Positions 56,842 through 57,111 of a DNA stretch of 57,111 bases are shown here, in pieces. This DNA comes from Christensenella sp. UBA6345 (lineage in GTDB: Bacteria; Bacillota; Clostridia; Christensenellales; UBA1242). The notes under the pieces were generated by a model. The model was not told where the DNA came from. It made no database searches and saw only the letters and a list, made by a program, of their open reading frames with translations. The translations under genes were made by a program, and so were the position numbers. The stretch covers positions 1 through 57,111 of the forward strand of contig DJSB01000007.1 in assembly GCA_002437945.1 (NCBI GenBank), read 5' to 3'. Positions within the stretch are counted from its first letter, which is position 1. Every line of letters starts with the position of its first letter.

Positions 56842-57111
56842 ATAACGTACACTTTATATATGTCATTCTGAGCGGAGCGATAGCGAAGTCGAACCTGTAG
56901 GGCAACGGCGAAGACGTTGGAATCCCAAAACGAGCAGTGTATATCTAAAAAAAATACAAAATGAAATAGCACATACATGTCATTCTGAGCGTAGCGGTAG
57001 CGAAGTCGAAATTTGACATCAGTCAAATCGAAAGTGTGCTATGCACCTTTCGGAATCTCAAAATGTAAAGTTGATATTTTATTTGATTTTACTTTACCCC
57101 GCCTAGATTAC
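56842..57111 (+). repeat. Degenerate continuation of the array (two further X modules, then the start of another hairpin element at the window edge)
   Basis: GTCATTCTGAGCG occurs again at 56862 and 56979. The final CCCCGCCTAGATTAC matches the first 15 nt of the 91-nt hairpin element. Confidence 0.7.

Noticed and set aside
55929-57026. Tracked ORFs 55929-56168 (+), 56666-56905 (-) and 56832-57026 (-)
   Set aside because: The first overlaps the 3' end and terminator of the pilin-like gene. The other two cut across repeat-unit boundaries, lack an RBS, and their frames are not preserved between the tandem units.
56100-57111. CRISPR array interpretation of the repeats (the GGAATCCCAAAAC ending superficially resembles type II repeat ends)
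   Set aside because: The spacing of the conserved motif is irregular (338, 339, 117 nt). The would-be spacers are themselves duplicated between units. The motif occurs in both orientations. No cas genes are present.

Overview
AT-rich (by eye about 30% GC, not computed), standard-code chromosome segment from an endospore-forming Firmicutes/Clostridia-like organism. About 45 kb (1-45000) is a dense housekeeping and sporulation backbone: spoVG, murC, rpmE-prmC-prfA, a TrmH-family methyltransferase coupled to trpS, an ArsR regulator, uvrC, murB, PHP-whiA-dnaE-pfkA, greA, holB-ricT-methyltransferase-rsmI, spmAB, metG-tatD-rsmA, spo0A, veg, a SipL-like DUF3794/LysM protein, spoIIR and sleB-ypeB. 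There are two very large membrane-anchored surface proteins: a 1461-aa GLUG/Listeria-Bacteroides-repeat protein at the left edge, and a 2595-aa Ig-like-module giant with a TM helix at each end. The right-hand 12 kb looks accessory. It holds the giant protein, a lone VirD4/TraG-type coupling ATPase, a divergent VirB2/TrbC/Maff2-like two-TM protein, and a 1-kb non-coding array of nested repeats that runs off the window edge. That array has two 338/339-nt tandem units that are identical over about 170 nt but differ at 8 positions within one 34-nt patch. Other points of interest are a truncated Rho paralogue with Walker A and B replaced, an untracked Cys-rich 57-codon sORF divergent from the ArsR gene, a greA leader with two terminator-like hairpins, and a zinc-ribbon protein with a poly-acidic tail next to spo0A. 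I recognised no rRNA, tRNA, CRISPR array, transposase, integrase, relaxase or reverse transcriptase. All calls rest on reading the translated ORFs and the DNA by eye. No database search was run.
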